From contig OZ245011.1 of assembly GCA_965223665.1 (NCBI GenBank), positions 640,001 to 704,000 of the forward strand: a stretch of 64,000 nt of DNA, in the 5' to 3' direction. The notes beneath the pieces were generated by a model. That model was given only the letters and a program-made list of their open reading frames with translations. It made no database searches and was not told where the DNA came from. Source of the DNA: Nitrospinaceae bacterium. GTDB taxonomy: Bacteria > Nitrospinota > Nitrospinia > Nitrospinales > Nitrospinaceae. Positions within the stretch are counted from its first letter, which is position 1; the number at the start of each line of letters is the position of its first letter. Made by a program: the position numbers and the translations under genes. This document shows, piece by piece, positions 1 to 10,189 of this stretch.

Positions 1-531
1 AATGTTTTTGATTCTATTTCAAAAGAATTTAAACTGGTAGACATTCTTGTTAATAATGCAGGAATTACTCGTGACGGTTTGTTAATGAGAATGAAGGAAT
101 CCGATTGGGATTTAGTTTTAAATATCAATCTCAAAGGGAGCTTCCTTTGCAGTCAGCAAGCGGCAAAGCAGATGATCAAACAAAAGGATGGGGCGATTGT
201 TAATATAGCTTCTATTGTTGGTTTGATGGGAAATGCCGGACAAGCCAATTATTCGGCTTCAAAAGCAGGGTTGATAGGATTAACCAAAACCACTGCGAGA
301 GAAGTTGCCTCTCGTGGGATTCGAGTGAATGCAATTGCTCCTGGGTTTATAGATACAGCAATGACCCAAGAGTTGGATGATAAGGTTCGAGAAAAACTTA
401 TTGAACAAATTCCTCTTGCCAAATTAGGGCAACCGGAAGATATTGCAAATTGTGTGAGTTTTTTAGTTTCTGACCGGGCGCGTTATATCACAGGTCAGGT
501 AATTAGTGTAAACGGTGGGATGTTGATGTAA
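1..531 (+). CDS. fabG: 3-oxoacyl-ACP reductase (5'-truncated by window)
   Basis: Frame open from base 1 ([13 protein letters not shown]); YSASK catalytic motif, VNAIAPGFI; directly upstream of acpP-fabF. Confidence 0.96.
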   Translation, partial: NVFDSISKEFKLVDILVNNAGITRDGLLMRMKESDWDLVLNINLKGSFLCSQQAAKQMIKQKDGAIVNIASIVGLMGNAGQANYSASKAGLIGLTKTTAREVASRGIRVNAIAPGFIDTAMTQELDDKVREKLIEQIPLAKLGQPEDIANCVSFLVSDRARYITGQVISVNGGMLM

Positions 532-553
532 CATCTTTTAGGAGTCAGTCACT

Positions 554-787
554 ATGTCTGTTGAAGAAAAAGTAAAAGAAATAATCGTTGATCAATTAGG
601 AGTTGAAGAAAAACAAGTTTCAGGAAATGCTGCTTTTATTGATGATTTGGGAGCAGACTCCCTGGACACAGTTGAATTGGTTATGGCTTTAGAAGAGGCT
701 TTCGATATAGAAATCCCTGATGAAGAAGCCGAGAAAATTTCTACCGTTCAAGACGCTGTCGATTATATCAATAATCATACCAACTAA
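554..787 (+). CDS. acpP: Acyl carrier protein
   Basis: [14 protein letters not shown] phosphopantetheine motif; AGGAG Shine-Dalgarno. Confidence 0.98.
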   Translation: MSVEEKVKEIIVDQLGVEEKQVSGNAAFIDDLGADSLDTVELVMALEEAFDIEIPDEEAEKISTVQDAVDYINNHTN

Positions 788-825
788 ATCTACTATCATT
801 TTATTTTTACCATTTGTAACAAACT

Positions 826-2067
826 ATGACTAGAAGAGTTGTCATCACAGGCATTGGAATGCTCACGCCATTGGGGAATGGGCTAGAAAAAAATTGGTCT
901 TCTGTAATTGAAGGGAAGTCTGGGGTTCGGTCTTTGACTAAATTCCCCGTGGATGAAAACTTTCCAGTACGTATTGCGGGCGAAGTTGATGGTTTTAAGC
1001 CCGAGGATTATATTGACCATAAAGATGTAAAAAAAATGGATACTTTCATTCACTATGCTGTTGCCTGCAGTAAAATGGCTCTAACAGACTCTGAATTTTT
1101 AATTACAGAGGAAAATGCAGAGAGAGTCGGGGTATTAGTTGGGGTTGGTCTTGGCGGCTTACCTGCAATTGAAAGATATAACCAGATTTATCAAAATCGA
1201 GGGGTGAAAAAAATTACGCCATTTTTTATACCCATGCTTATTCCCAATTTAGCTTCAGGACAAGTTTCTATATTGTTAGGTGCGAAAGGCCCTAATTCCT
1301 GCGTTGTAACAGCTTGTGCTACTGGAACCCATGCGATTGGTGACGCATTTCGAATGATTCAAAATGATATTGCAGATGTAATGATAGCGGGAGGAACAGA
1401 ATCTGTAATTACACCATTGGCAATTGGGGGGTTTGCGGCTGCAAAGGCACTGTCAACACGTAATGATGATCCGGAAACTGCAAGTCGACCTTTTGACATT
1501 GATCGTGACGGTTTTGTTATGGGTGAAGGATGTGGAATTGTAATATTGGAAGAATATGAAAAAGCTAAGAAACGTGGTGCAAATATATATGCTGAAGTTG
1601 CAGGTTATGCCTTAAATGGGGATGCTTTTCACATCACAGCCACTTCTCCGGGTGGTGAAGGTGCAGCCCGATGTATGAAATTAGCCTTGGAAGATGCAAA
1701 AATGAATGTTGATGAAATTGACTATATTAATGCTCATGGAACTTCTACTGCAGCTGATGCTACTGAGACGAATGCTATTAAAACAGTATTTGGAGATCAT
1801 GCATATAAATTAAAAGTTAGTTCCACCAAATCCATGACAGGACATTTGTTAGGTGCCGCTGGAGGGGTTGAGGCAATCTATTCTGCGATGGCAATTAAAA
1901 AGGGAATAATACCACCCACCATAAATTATTCAAATCCTGACCCGGAATGTGATTTAAACTATGTTCCTAATAATGCAATTGAGCAACCAATCCGGGCAGC
2001 CATTTCTAATTCTTTTGGGTTTGGAGGAACTAACGGAGTGTTAGTTTTAAAACAACCGATGAATTGA
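826..2067 (+). CDS. fabF: Beta-ketoacyl-ACP synthase II
   Basis: TACATG active Cys, NAHGTST, KSMTGHLLG, SNSFGFGG. Confidence 0.97.
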   Translation: MTRRVVITGIGMLTPLGNGLEKNWSSVIEGKSGVRSLTKFPVDENFPVRIAGEVDGFKPEDYIDHKDVKKMDTFIHYAVACSKMALTDSEFLITEENAERVGVLVGVGLGGLPAIERYNQIYQNRGVKKITPFFIPMLIPNLASGQVSILLGAKGPNSCVVTACATGTHAIGDAFRMIQNDIADVMIAGGTESVITPLAIGGFAAAKALSTRNDDPETASRPFDIDRDGFVMGEGCGIVILEEYEKAKKRGANIYAEVAGYALNGDAFHITATSPGGEGAARCMKLALEDAKMNVDEIDYINAHGTSTAADATETNAIKTVFGDHAYKLKVSSTKSMTGHLLGAAGGVEAIYSAMAIKKGIIPPTINYSNPDPECDLNYVPNNAIEQPIRAAISNSFGFGGTNGVLVLKQPMN

Positions 2068-2780
2068 CTGGCGGAATGCTAACTCAAGAAAGAATAGATC
2101 ATCTCACCAATTTCCAAAGTAATTTGGGATACTCTTTTGTAAACATTGCCCTCCTAAACAAAGCTCTTACCCACAAATCGTTTGTAAATGAAAGTCCGGA
2201 TAAACTTAAAAATAATGAGCGATTTGAGTTTTTGGGTGATTCCGTTTTAGATCTCATTGTAAGTAATTTTTTAGTTAAAGAATATTTGGATTATGCAGAG
2301 GGAGCTTTATCAAAAATTCGTGCGGCTGTTGTAAATGAAACTTGTTTAGCGGGCCTTGCAAGAGAAATTAATCTTGGTGAATTTCTTTTGCTGGGTAAAG
2401 GAGAAGAACTATCCGGTGGGCGCAATAAAAATTCGCTTTTAGCCAATGCATTTGAAGCCGTAGCCGGGGCAGTATATTTTGATAGTAGTTATGATAAAGC
2501 TTCTGAAGTATTATTGCCTAAGTTAATGCCTCAAATTCTAAAATATGCAGAAACCTGGGAATTTCGGGATTTTAAAAGTGAATTGCAAGAGTATACTCAA
2601 ATCCACTTAAATTGCATTCCTACCTATCAAGTAATTAATGAGTTCGGCCCTGACCATGCCAAACAATTTGAAGTAACAGTTTCTATGAATAATAAAGGTC
2701 AGGGAAAGGGGATTGGTAGAAGTAAAAAGGAAGCCGAACAAGCTGCCGCAAAGGCCGCACTACTAAATCTTCAAAAGTGA
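2064..2780 (+). CDS. rnc: Ribonuclease III (start may be ATG 2076)
   Basis: NERFEFLGDSVL signature plus C-terminal dsRBD (GPDHAKQF, SKKEAEQAAA). Confidence 0.97.
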   Translation: MTGGMLTQERIDHLTNFQSNLGYSFVNIALLNKALTHKSFVNESPDKLKNNERFEFLGDSVLDLIVSNFLVKEYLDYAEGALSKIRAAVVNETCLAGLAREINLGEFLLLGKGEELSGGRNKNSLLANAFEAVAGAVYFDSSYDKASEVLLPKLMPQILKYAETWEFRDFKSELQEYTQIHLNCIPTYQVINEFGPDHAKQFEVTVSMNNKGQGKGIGRSKKEAEQAAAKAALLNLQK

Positions 2781-2783
2781 AAA

Positions 2784-3797
2784 ATGGCAAAGAATTTCAT
2801 TATTGTTCCAATTTTTATTTCCCATCAAGGCTGTCCATACCGTTGTGTCTATTGTGACCAAAATAAAATTTCAGGATCACAGAAGCAATTGGATCAACAC
2901 GTCATAAGTCAAACCATTAAAACCTATCTTCAACAAAATTCAGAAGCTTTAATGTCTCCCGTAAGAGAGGTGGCCTTTTATGGAGGAACCTTTACCGGCT
3001 TGCCCTTAGAACGTCAAAAATTTTTGTTAGGTTTAATCCAACCTTATTTCGAAAAAGGATTAATTAACTCTATTCGTCTTTCTACTCATCCTCAAATGAT
3101 AGCCTCAGAAAATTTAAAATTTTTAAAAAAATTTAATGTGAGAACAATAGAGTTAGGGGTTCAGTCCACAGATAAAGAAGTTTTAGAATTATCAGGAAGA
3201 GAAAACTCGGTTGATAATTTGTCTGAAAAGATAGAATTAATAAAAAACTATAATTTTCAACTTGGAATTCAACTAATGGCGGGTCTGCCTGGAGATACCC
3301 GGGTGAAATTCCAGGCCTCGGTTAATGATGTAATTGAATTAAAGCCTAATTTTGTTCGACTTTATCCAGCTTTAGTTATTCGAAATACAAAATTACATGA
3401 ATTATATTTAAATGGAGATTATACTCCCTGGTCTTTGGAAAAAATGATAGAGAGTTTAAAGGACGCTGTAAGTAAATTTCGATCAAATAGTATTAGGGTA
3501 ATCAGAATTGGCCTTCACCCGGAACCCTCTTTATTTAGAGATTTAGTTGCTGGACCTTTCGATCCTGGAATCAGAGACAAAGTAGAATCTCAAATTTGTT
3601 TAGATCAAATGGTTAAAAAAATTAAAAATGTATCCTTGAATTATAAAAAATTTTATTTTAAGGTTCCCTTAAACAAGACATCTGACTTTATAGGTTATCG
3701 AAGGGAAAATATTCATAAGTTAAAAATTCTTTTCCCAAATTCGGATATAAAGATTCAAGGGGATAAGGTTTGTCAGCAATTAGAATTAATAAATTAA
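2784..3797 (+). CDS. Radical SAM protein, Elp3/YhcC-like, rnc-associated
   Basis: CPYRCVYC (CxxxCxxC), FYGGTFT, IELGVQS, LMAGLPG. Confidence 0.85.
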   Translation: MAKNFIIVPIFISHQGCPYRCVYCDQNKISGSQKQLDQHVISQTIKTYLQQNSEALMSPVREVAFYGGTFTGLPLERQKFLLGLIQPYFEKGLINSIRLSTHPQMIASENLKFLKKFNVRTIELGVQSTDKEVLELSGRENSVDNLSEKIELIKNYNFQLGIQLMAGLPGDTRVKFQASVNDVIELKPNFVRLYPALVIRNTKLHELYLNGDYTPWSLEKMIESLKDAVSKFRSNSIRVIRIGLHPEPSLFRDLVAGPFDPGIRDKVESQICLDQMVKKIKNVSLNYKKFYFKVPLNKTSDFIGYRRENIHKLKILFPNSDIKIQGDKVCQQLELIN

Positions 3798-3830
3798 TTA
3801 CATTTAAATATAAAAAAGGAGCGGTATCAA

Positions 3831-4115
3831 ATGGTAACAATCGGTATGAACTATAAAATAATTCCAGGCAAAGAGGAAGTTTTTGAAGGAGCATTTAATA
3901 AAGTTTTGAAACTAATGAGTACTATGGAAGGTCATACAAACTCAGCTCTTTATAAAGATATAAATGATTCACAAACCTATTTAATTGTTTCTGAATGGAG
4001 TTCTGAGGAAAGCTATCAAGGATTCATTAATTCGGATAAATTTGCTGGTGTAGTGGATTGGGGAAAAGAAAATATTTTGGCTGGTCGACCATCGCATACT
4101 CTTTACCGTCATTAA
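3831..4115 (+). CDS. Antibiotic biosynthesis monooxygenase (ABM) family protein
   Basis: 94 aa; PGKEEVF, YLIVSEWSSEE pattern; AAGGAG Shine-Dalgarno. Confidence 0.8.
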   Translation: MVTIGMNYKIIPGKEEVFEGAFNKVLKLMSTMEGHTNSALYKDINDSQTYLIVSEWSSEESYQGFINSDKFAGVVDWGKENILAGRPSHTLYRH

Positions 4116-4139
4116 ACATTAATAAAATATGCTAGGCAG

Positions 4140-4171
4140 GAGTTGGAAGTTGAGCTTCCAACTCTTATTTT
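4140..4171 (+). terminator. Intrinsic terminator-like hairpin after fab-rnc-ABM run
   Basis: GAGTTGGAAG-ttgag-CTTCCAACTC perfect 10-bp stem followed by TTATTTT, between convergent genes. Confidence 0.7.
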
Positions 4172-4192
4172 CCTCCACCAAAAACCAAAGTT

Positions 4193-4405
4193 TTAACCTT
4201 TGGATATAGGGGTATGTTCAATCTCTCCTTTTTTAATGCATTTCATTATTTTGTTATAAAAATGTTCGCTTTCGTGGGACAAATGATCTTCAACCTGCCA
4301 ACGTATGGTTACCAATTTCCCGTCTGGATGGTTAAGAATTTTCAAAACTTCTCCAATATTCCCAGAAAGGGGTTCGAATAAAGAATCGCCGATTTGGAGT
4401 TTCAT
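4193..4405 (-). CDS. Small hypothetical protein (possible Tudor/KOW-like beta-barrel)
   Basis: ATG with AGGA upstream; LQIGDSLFEPLSGNIGEV pattern. Confidence 0.6.
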   Translation of the reverse strand: MKLQIGDSLFEPLSGNIGEVLKILNHPDGKLVTIRWQVEDHLSHESEHFYNKIMKCIKKGEIEHTPISKG

Positions 4406-4498
4406 TTTTTTCCTATTGACTGTTTTAAATGGACTCTTATTATATACCCTTCAAAAAACTATAGTTATTAATTCGATTTTAATCGCTGGAGGATATAT

Positions 4499-4744
4499 AT
4501 GGCCTATATTACCATGGCGCCGATGTATGCAACCATGACATCGGGAAAAGTAGATGAATTTTTGGTTCAAATTGGAGATACCATTAAAAAAGGCACTCCT
4601 GTTGCAGAAATTGTAGCTGAAGGATATTTCACCTTGATTTCCGAATATGATGGGGTTGTAAAGGAAATTTATGTAGGAGAAGGTGAATACGTGGAAGTAG
4701 ATACTCCTTTAATTGAAATTGAGGAAGAGGAAGAAGAAAGTTAG
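4499..4744 (+). CDS. Stand-alone biotinyl/lipoyl-fold protein lacking the acceptor Lys
   Basis: LVQIGDTIKKGTPVAEI and GVVKEIYVGEGEYV lipoyl-domain pattern; GGAGG Shine-Dalgarno. Confidence 0.8.
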   Translation: MAYITMAPMYATMTSGKVDEFLVQIGDTIKKGTPVAEIVAEGYFTLISEYDGVVKEIYVGEGEYVEVDTPLIEIEEEEEES

Positions 4745-4746
4745 TT

Positions 4747-5673
4747 TTAAAATAATGGCTTTTGGTCATCCCTTTCTTTATGTTCTGAAATGGAATCAGT
4801 TTCAGTATTTTGGGGCTTTGGTGTAATTAAATTTGAGTCTTCATTTTTTTGCTTTGTTAATTCAATAAAATTTTGATCCTTTTCAAGATTTAATTCAAAT
4901 TTTCTTTCAGAAATTCGCGAACGGACGAGTTCCTTATCTATGGCTTCTAAATTTAGTTTCGCCTGCTTTAAACTAGAATCAATTTTTAAAGCCGCTTGGT
5001 ATTCTTTTTTGGCTTTTAATAAATTATTATTAAAATAAAAATATAGGTTTGCTAAATTTAAGCGTGCTTTTAAATTTTTTTGATTATTTTTAATGGCTTT
5101 TTTAAAAGAATTTTCTGCTTTTTTATATTTTTTCTGATTCGCATAAATTACACCAAGATTATTTAAAATTTGTGGCATATTTGGTTTAATTTTTAGTGCG
5201 GCAATATATTCTTCCTCAGCTTTTTTAAAGTTTTTAGTCTTTGAGTATAAAATTGCCAAATTAAAATGGGCTTTTGCATATTCCGGATCCATTTCTAAAG
5301 CTGCCAGAAATTCCTTTTCTGCTTTGGTAAACTTTTTTCTTTTAAATAGTTTTTTCCCGTTTTCTAAATGCTGGAAGGGATAAAGAATTTTTTTTGGGGC
5401 AGAATTTTCAATTAATTTATATTTTTTTGATTTTATTTTCGGGACGTTGGAGAAATCACCATTTGGCCAATTATAAAGAGATGGGTCTCCTAATAAACTT
5501 GTATGATATTTGGCAACCTTCACCAAATATTTGTTTTTATTGAAATTTTTATTTTGTTCAACAATCGAATGATTGGAAGATGCGGCGAAAGTTAGATTGA
5601 CGGTAATGAATAATATTCCTAAAGAAACTGGGTACTGCTTGTAAAAACGGTTACTAATAATACGATCTTTCAT
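4747..5673 (-). CDS. Exported tetratricopeptide-repeat protein
   Basis: Hydrophobic N-terminal segment; repeats AHFNLAILY, ILNNLGVIY, ARLNLANLY. Confidence 0.85.
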   Translation of the reverse strand: MKDRIISNRFYKQYPVSLGILFITVNLTFAASSNHSIVEQNKNFNKNKYLVKVAKYHTSLLGDPSLYNWPNGDFSNVPKIKSKKYKLIENSAPKKILYPFQHLENGKKLFKRKKFTKAEKEFLAALEMDPEYAKAHFNLAILYSKTKNFKKAEEEYIAALKIKPNMPQILNNLGVIYANQKKYKKAENSFKKAIKNNQKNLKARLNLANLYFYFNNNLLKAKKEYQAALKIDSSLKQAKLNLEAIDKELVRSRISERKFELNLEKDQNFIELTKQKNEDSNLITPKPQNTETDSISEHKERDDQKPLF

Positions 5674-5823
5674 GTACCCTCCAGGGAAATACTAGTTATA
5701 AAAATAACCAAAAATTTATGGAGATCAATAAAGAAAAACTCTTATGAATTATCCCTTATTTGACATTATAAAAATAAAAAGATCATTTCTAGTGACAAGT
5801 TAGTTACATTATTGATTCAAGTT

Positions 5824-7176
5824 TTATAGATAAGAGAAAATAACAGTCGTTGTAGATAGGTAAGTGAAAAGACCAATAATATCATTAATTACGGTTACCA
5901 TGGGGCCAGTACTAATCGCTGGGTCAATTTTCATTTTCACAAAGAATAAAGGTAACGTTGAGCCGATAATAGACGCCATAGAAACCGCCAAAAAAATTCC
6001 CAATCCCAAAGACAAGCCTAAGAGTGAATTTCCATTTGGAAGTAAATTAGAAAAGGCTGTCAAAATAATACCACACCCTGCCCCAAATAAAAGACCATTT
6101 AAAACTCCAACTTTTATTTCACTAAATACAATTGTTTTAAGATTATCTGTTTGAACATCACCCGTTGCCATACCACGTACAATAATAGTTGCTCCTTGAA
6201 TTCCAACGTTCCCTGCAAGGCCAAGTACAAAAGGTATGAAAAGTAAAACAATCGAATATTCAGCTAAAGTTAGCTCGAATTGTTTTAATATTAAAGCACT
6301 TACCATTCCTCCAATAAAGGTTGTTAATAACCAGGGAGCTCGTGCTGCAATTTTGGTGATCGTCCGTTTGGCAAATGGATTAACCTTTGCGGTACCCGCC
6401 ATGGTGTAAATATCATCGTCGGTAGTATGTTTTAATCCTCTAAAAACATCATCAAAGTTAACAATGCCATGAATAAGATTGTCCGAATCAATAACGGGCA
6501 GAATACTTAAATGCTCGTGATCCATAATATTTGCGATTTTTTCACAAGAATCTTCAAGAAAAACACTTGGAGTTGATTCTCTTATAAAATTTGAAGCTTG
6601 GGCATTCGGTTGAACATTTAATAGATCCCGTAATTTAAAATAACCTAAAAGTTCCTTTTCATCATTAACGACATAAAAATTTAGACCCCGATCTGCCTTA
6701 TTTTCTCTAACAAATTTCATCAAAATATCACCCGCTACTTCATTTGGAGAGACTCTGTTAAATTCAGGGGACATTAAACCACCTGCAGTTTCTTCATTAT
6801 ATTGAATTAAATTTTTAAGGGATTGAGCCTCATCGGGTTCCATTTGCTCAAGAATTTTTTCCTGAACTTCGGGTTCATGCTCCTGTAATATGTCTGCGGC
6901 TTCATCTTGCGGCATACCTTCGAGAAAGGGGGCCATAAAATCATGACCTAAGGACTCGATCAACTCTTTTCGGCTTTCGATATCTGTTTCGTATAGAACT
7001 TCCTGCCGCTTTGTATCATCCCCAAGGCATTGAAAAATTTTGACTTTTTCTTCTTTAGATAGTTGATGGAGAAGCCGGGCTATATCAAAATGATCAAAAG
7101 ATTCCAAGTTTGTTTGAAAATCCTGGTCTGATAAATCCGGGTCTGAAAAATATGATTTTAATTTATCAATTGCCAT
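5824..7176 (-). CDS. mgtE: Magnesium transporter MgtE
   Basis: ETAGGLMS, CBS pair, ARAPWLL, AGNVGIQG, IDPAISTGPMVTVINDI. Confidence 0.95.
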   Translation of the reverse strand: MAIDKLKSYFSDPDLSDQDFQTNLESFDHFDIARLLHQLSKEEKVKIFQCLGDDTKRQEVLYETDIESRKELIESLGHDFMAPFLEGMPQDEAADILQEHEPEVQEKILEQMEPDEAQSLKNLIQYNEETAGGLMSPEFNRVSPNEVAGDILMKFVRENKADRGLNFYVVNDEKELLGYFKLRDLLNVQPNAQASNFIRESTPSVFLEDSCEKIANIMDHEHLSILPVIDSDNLIHGIVNFDDVFRGLKHTTDDDIYTMAGTAKVNPFAKRTITKIAARAPWLLTTFIGGMVSALILKQFELTLAEYSIVLLFIPFVLGLAGNVGIQGATIIVRGMATGDVQTDNLKTIVFSEIKVGVLNGLLFGAGCGIILTAFSNLLPNGNSLLGLSLGLGIFLAVSMASIIGSTLPLFFVKMKIDPAISTGPMVTVINDIIGLFTYLSTTTVIFSYL

Positions 7177-7249
7177 GGTTTTGATATTATTAGCACAAAG
7201 AGTATTTTGTAAACTGTATTATAACGAAAAAATTTAGGAGTTTTGATTA

Positions 7250-7501
7250 ATGATTATTGGAGGTATGTCGCGTCGTGAAATTGAGGCATTGCGAAAGCAA
7301 CAAGCTCAAAAGAAAACTATACGTTCACGAAAAAAACGGTCCACAATATTATCAGATAAAACGATGAAACAAGTTATTAAAAAATTCGACGAAGATCATG
7401 ATCCTCAATCCCGAGTTCGAGAGGATGTTAACATCGATGAACATGTCAAAATGAATGATGTTTATTTACGTTCTGGCTGGTATGTTCCGAAAAAAAAATA
7501 G
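7250..7501 (+). CDS. Small basic hypothetical protein
   Basis: AGGAG before ATG 7250 (alternative GGAGG/ATG 7265); fills intergenic gap. Confidence 0.65.
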   Translation: MIIGGMSRREIEALRKQQAQKKTIRSRKKRSTILSDKTMKQVIKKFDEDHDPQSRVREDVNIDEHVKMNDVYLRSGWYVPKKK

Positions 7502-7575
7502 AATATCAGTTTGAACTTAAATAGGATCTGATTGGAATTTTCAAATAAATCCAAGAAGGCTTAATTATCCCCAAA

Positions 7576-9228
7576 TTATTTATTTTCATGCAGTTTTAAA
7601 TATTTTTTGTAAATTTCTTCTTTGATGAAAAATTCGACTAAATCATGATCTAATTCGTTTTCCTTAACTTTTTCTCTTAAAATTTGATTGACCTTTTCCA
7701 TAGGCATGGTTTTTTTGTAAGGCCGGTCACAGGCGGTTAATGCTTCAGCAATATCTGTAACAGCCATCAATTTGCCTTCAAATGGAATTTCCTCCCCTTT
7801 TAATCCCAAAGGATATCCTTGTCCATTCAGGCATTCATGATGAGCCCCGGCAAAATTTGGAATATTTTTTAATTTTTTTGTAAAGGGAATTTTACCTAAC
7901 ATATCCAAGGTAACTTGCGCATGGTTTTTCATGATTTGCCGCTCAGCTTCCGTAATACTACCTTTAGGAATAGATAGGTTCTCTAATTCATCATCCGTTA
8001 AAAAAGGATGTAAATTTCCATCAATATCTTTATAAGTCATTTTTGAGATTTCTTTTAATCTGCAGGTAACCTGTTGATCCAAAAACTCAGAGGGTTCATT
8101 GCATTTTAATATAAAGCGGCGAATTTCTTTTAAACTCTCCAGTTGGTTTTTTTGATCTTCTATTGATTTATTAATCAATTGTGGGGATGAATTATTTTCT
8201 TTTAATTTTTGTTCAATTTGCAGACCTTCTAGCTCTTTTTGTTGAATAATATATTGCATTCTTAAATCTACTAAATGAGCTCTATCAAAAATTGTTTCTA
8301 GTTTTTTACTTTTTTCAATAATTTCCACTGGGGTGGTCACTTTTCCAATGTCATGCATCCAAGCAGCTACTCGTAATTCATTAAATTTTTCAGGGGAAAA
8401 ACTAATATTTTTAAAAGGTTCTTCGTTGGATTCATGAATTGATTGAGCCATAACCAAAGTTAAATTTGCTACTCTCCGGATATGTCCTCCTGTTATAGGA
8501 GATTTTTCATCAATTGCAGTGGCCATTACTTCGGCGAAAGACTCAAACAAATTCTCCATATCAGTAATTAACTTAGCATTGGTTATTGCAATAGCGGCTT
8601 GGGATGCCAAAGATTCGGTAAGATGTTCAAAATCCGGAGAAAATGAAATTACTTCACCCGTATTAGGGTTTTTAGCATTAACAAGTTGAAGAACACCAAT
8701 TATATCGTTTTCATGGTTACGCATTGGAATGACAAGCATTGATTTTGATCTATAACCATTTGACTCATCAAATTGTTTGGGACCTGTAAAGTCAAATAAA
8801 TCTGTATCATAAACATCAGGAATGTTTACCGGGATACCTTTCAAAGCAACAAATGCCGAAACATTAGTTTCTTTCATTTCCAAAGGAGAAAAGGGAATGG
8901 ACTGGCCACTACGTCCTCCCATCCTAATGTTCATTGAATCGCTTTGGACAATTTTAAAGTGCAGGGCATTGTCTTCAATTATATATAAAGTGCATGAATC
9001 GGCATGAGTGAATTTTCTAGCATGATCGCAAATCATTTCCAGGAGGGCGTTTATATCATGTTCGCAGGATAAAGCGCGGCCGATATCAGAAAGTTTGCTG
9101 ATTTGTAACATGAGATGGTCCGAGTAATTTTTTACTCCACTGACCACTTCATTAAGGAGTTTGTTTAATTTTTCATCGTTTGTCGTGAGTTTCTTTTGGG
9201 ATTCTATTTTGTCGTTGAATCGGTCCAT
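7576..9228 (-). CDS. GAF + HD-GYP domain cyclic-dinucleotide phosphodiesterase
   Basis: GAF (YRSKSMLVIPM, IGVLQLVN); HDIGK, HHECLNGQGYP, DRPYKK. Confidence 0.9.
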   Translation of the reverse strand: MDRFNDKIESQKKLTTNDEKLNKLLNEVVSGVKNYSDHLMLQISKLSDIGRALSCEHDINALLEMICDHARKFTHADSCTLYIIEDNALHFKIVQSDSMNIRMGGRSGQSIPFSPLEMKETNVSAFVALKGIPVNIPDVYDTDLFDFTGPKQFDESNGYRSKSMLVIPMRNHENDIIGVLQLVNAKNPNTGEVISFSPDFEHLTESLASQAAIAITNAKLITDMENLFESFAEVMATAIDEKSPITGGHIRRVANLTLVMAQSIHESNEEPFKNISFSPEKFNELRVAAWMHDIGKVTTPVEIIEKSKKLETIFDRAHLVDLRMQYIIQQKELEGLQIEQKLKENNSSPQLINKSIEDQKNQLESLKEIRRFILKCNEPSEFLDQQVTCRLKEISKMTYKDIDGNLHPFLTDDELENLSIPKGSITEAERQIMKNHAQVTLDMLGKIPFTKKLKNIPNFAGAHHECLNGQGYPLGLKGEEIPFEGKLMAVTDIAEALTACDRPYKKTMPMEKVNQILREKVKENELDHDLVEFFIKEEIYKKYLKLHENK

Positions 9229-9336
9229 TGCTTTAATTTCCAGTCACCGATGAAATGTTGAAATGGTGTATTATCTGGCAAATTTTTAATAAAAGCAATT
9301 CACAGATTAAGGAATGCAAAAAATAATAGATTTAGA

Positions 9337-10140
9337 TCATATATATTCTTCTAATAATTGAGGCTCCTCAGTGAGCCATATTTTATTTCCACAGACATTG
9401 ACAAAAACCGCCGATTCGGACTTAAATATTTCTAAATGAGCTTGTATTAAATTTTCAGGTTTGGTGGGGCTATCCCCATAAAGCTCTCTTTCTTCGTCCA
9501 TTATCCCATTCATGTAGTTTTCAACACCATCTTTACTGCTTACACCCTCAAAGTAAGAGCGAATCAGGGGATCCTGAAAATTTTCCAATTTTTTCGCAGA
9601 TTTTCTAAGGAGAAGCTTAATACCTCTGGAGGAAAAAGATTCAAATAGCCCTGCACGAATACAAACTCTCCTGGATTTTCCTTTTTCGACGGTCCATTTT
9701 TCTATTGCTTCTTTTGAATACCCCATTGCACCATAACTCCCCAATTGATGGCGTGTTACATAAAAAGTAGAGTAGGTAACAATTGTATTTATATTTAAGG
9801 CTTTTTCTAAAGCCACAATTGGATCAAAAGACAGTTTGTTGGAAGAAGCAATTTGTTCAGGTGTGGTCTCATTAATGGCAAATCCAACATCTCCCAAGGC
9901 AGTAGCGTAAAACATATAATCATAAGTACCGTCGCCAATGGATTTTAATTGCTCAATACAATTGGAATCAGAAATATCACCAAATGCAGTAATATTGGCA
10001 TCATCTATTGTAAAGTCAGGATTTTCTTTGCCATACCAATTGGCAACAATATTAGCATCACTGCCGAAATGATTTCGAATAGCTTTGATAGCGGCAGTGC
10101 CCATCACTCCTGACCCTCCGATCACTAAAAAATTTCCCAT
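9337..10140 (-). CDS. Divergent SDR/Rossmann oxidoreductase, FabI/FabL-like
   Basis: VIGGSGVMG nucleotide-binding loop; YGAMGYSK (Yx6K). Confidence 0.6.
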   Translation of the reverse strand: MGNFLVIGGSGVMGTAAIKAIRNHFGSDANIVANWYGKENPDFTIDDANITAFGDISDSNCIEQLKSIGDGTYDYMFYATALGDVGFAINETTPEQIASSNKLSFDPIVALEKALNINTIVTYSTFYVTRHQLGSYGAMGYSKEAIEKWTVEKGKSRRVCIRAGLFESFSSRGIKLLLRKSAKKLENFQDPLIRSYFEGVSSKDGVENYMNGIMDEERELYGDSPTKPENLIQAHLEIFKSESAVFVNVCGNKIWLTEEPQLLEEYI

Positions 10141-10189
10141 AGTTAGCTCCCCTTGTCTTATCTATGTTCCCAAATGGTTACTTAAAAAT

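Noticed and set aside
4305-4538. 77-aa + strand ORF
   Set aside because: Overlaps two better-supported genes (4193-4405 and 4499-4744) that have ribosome-binding sites
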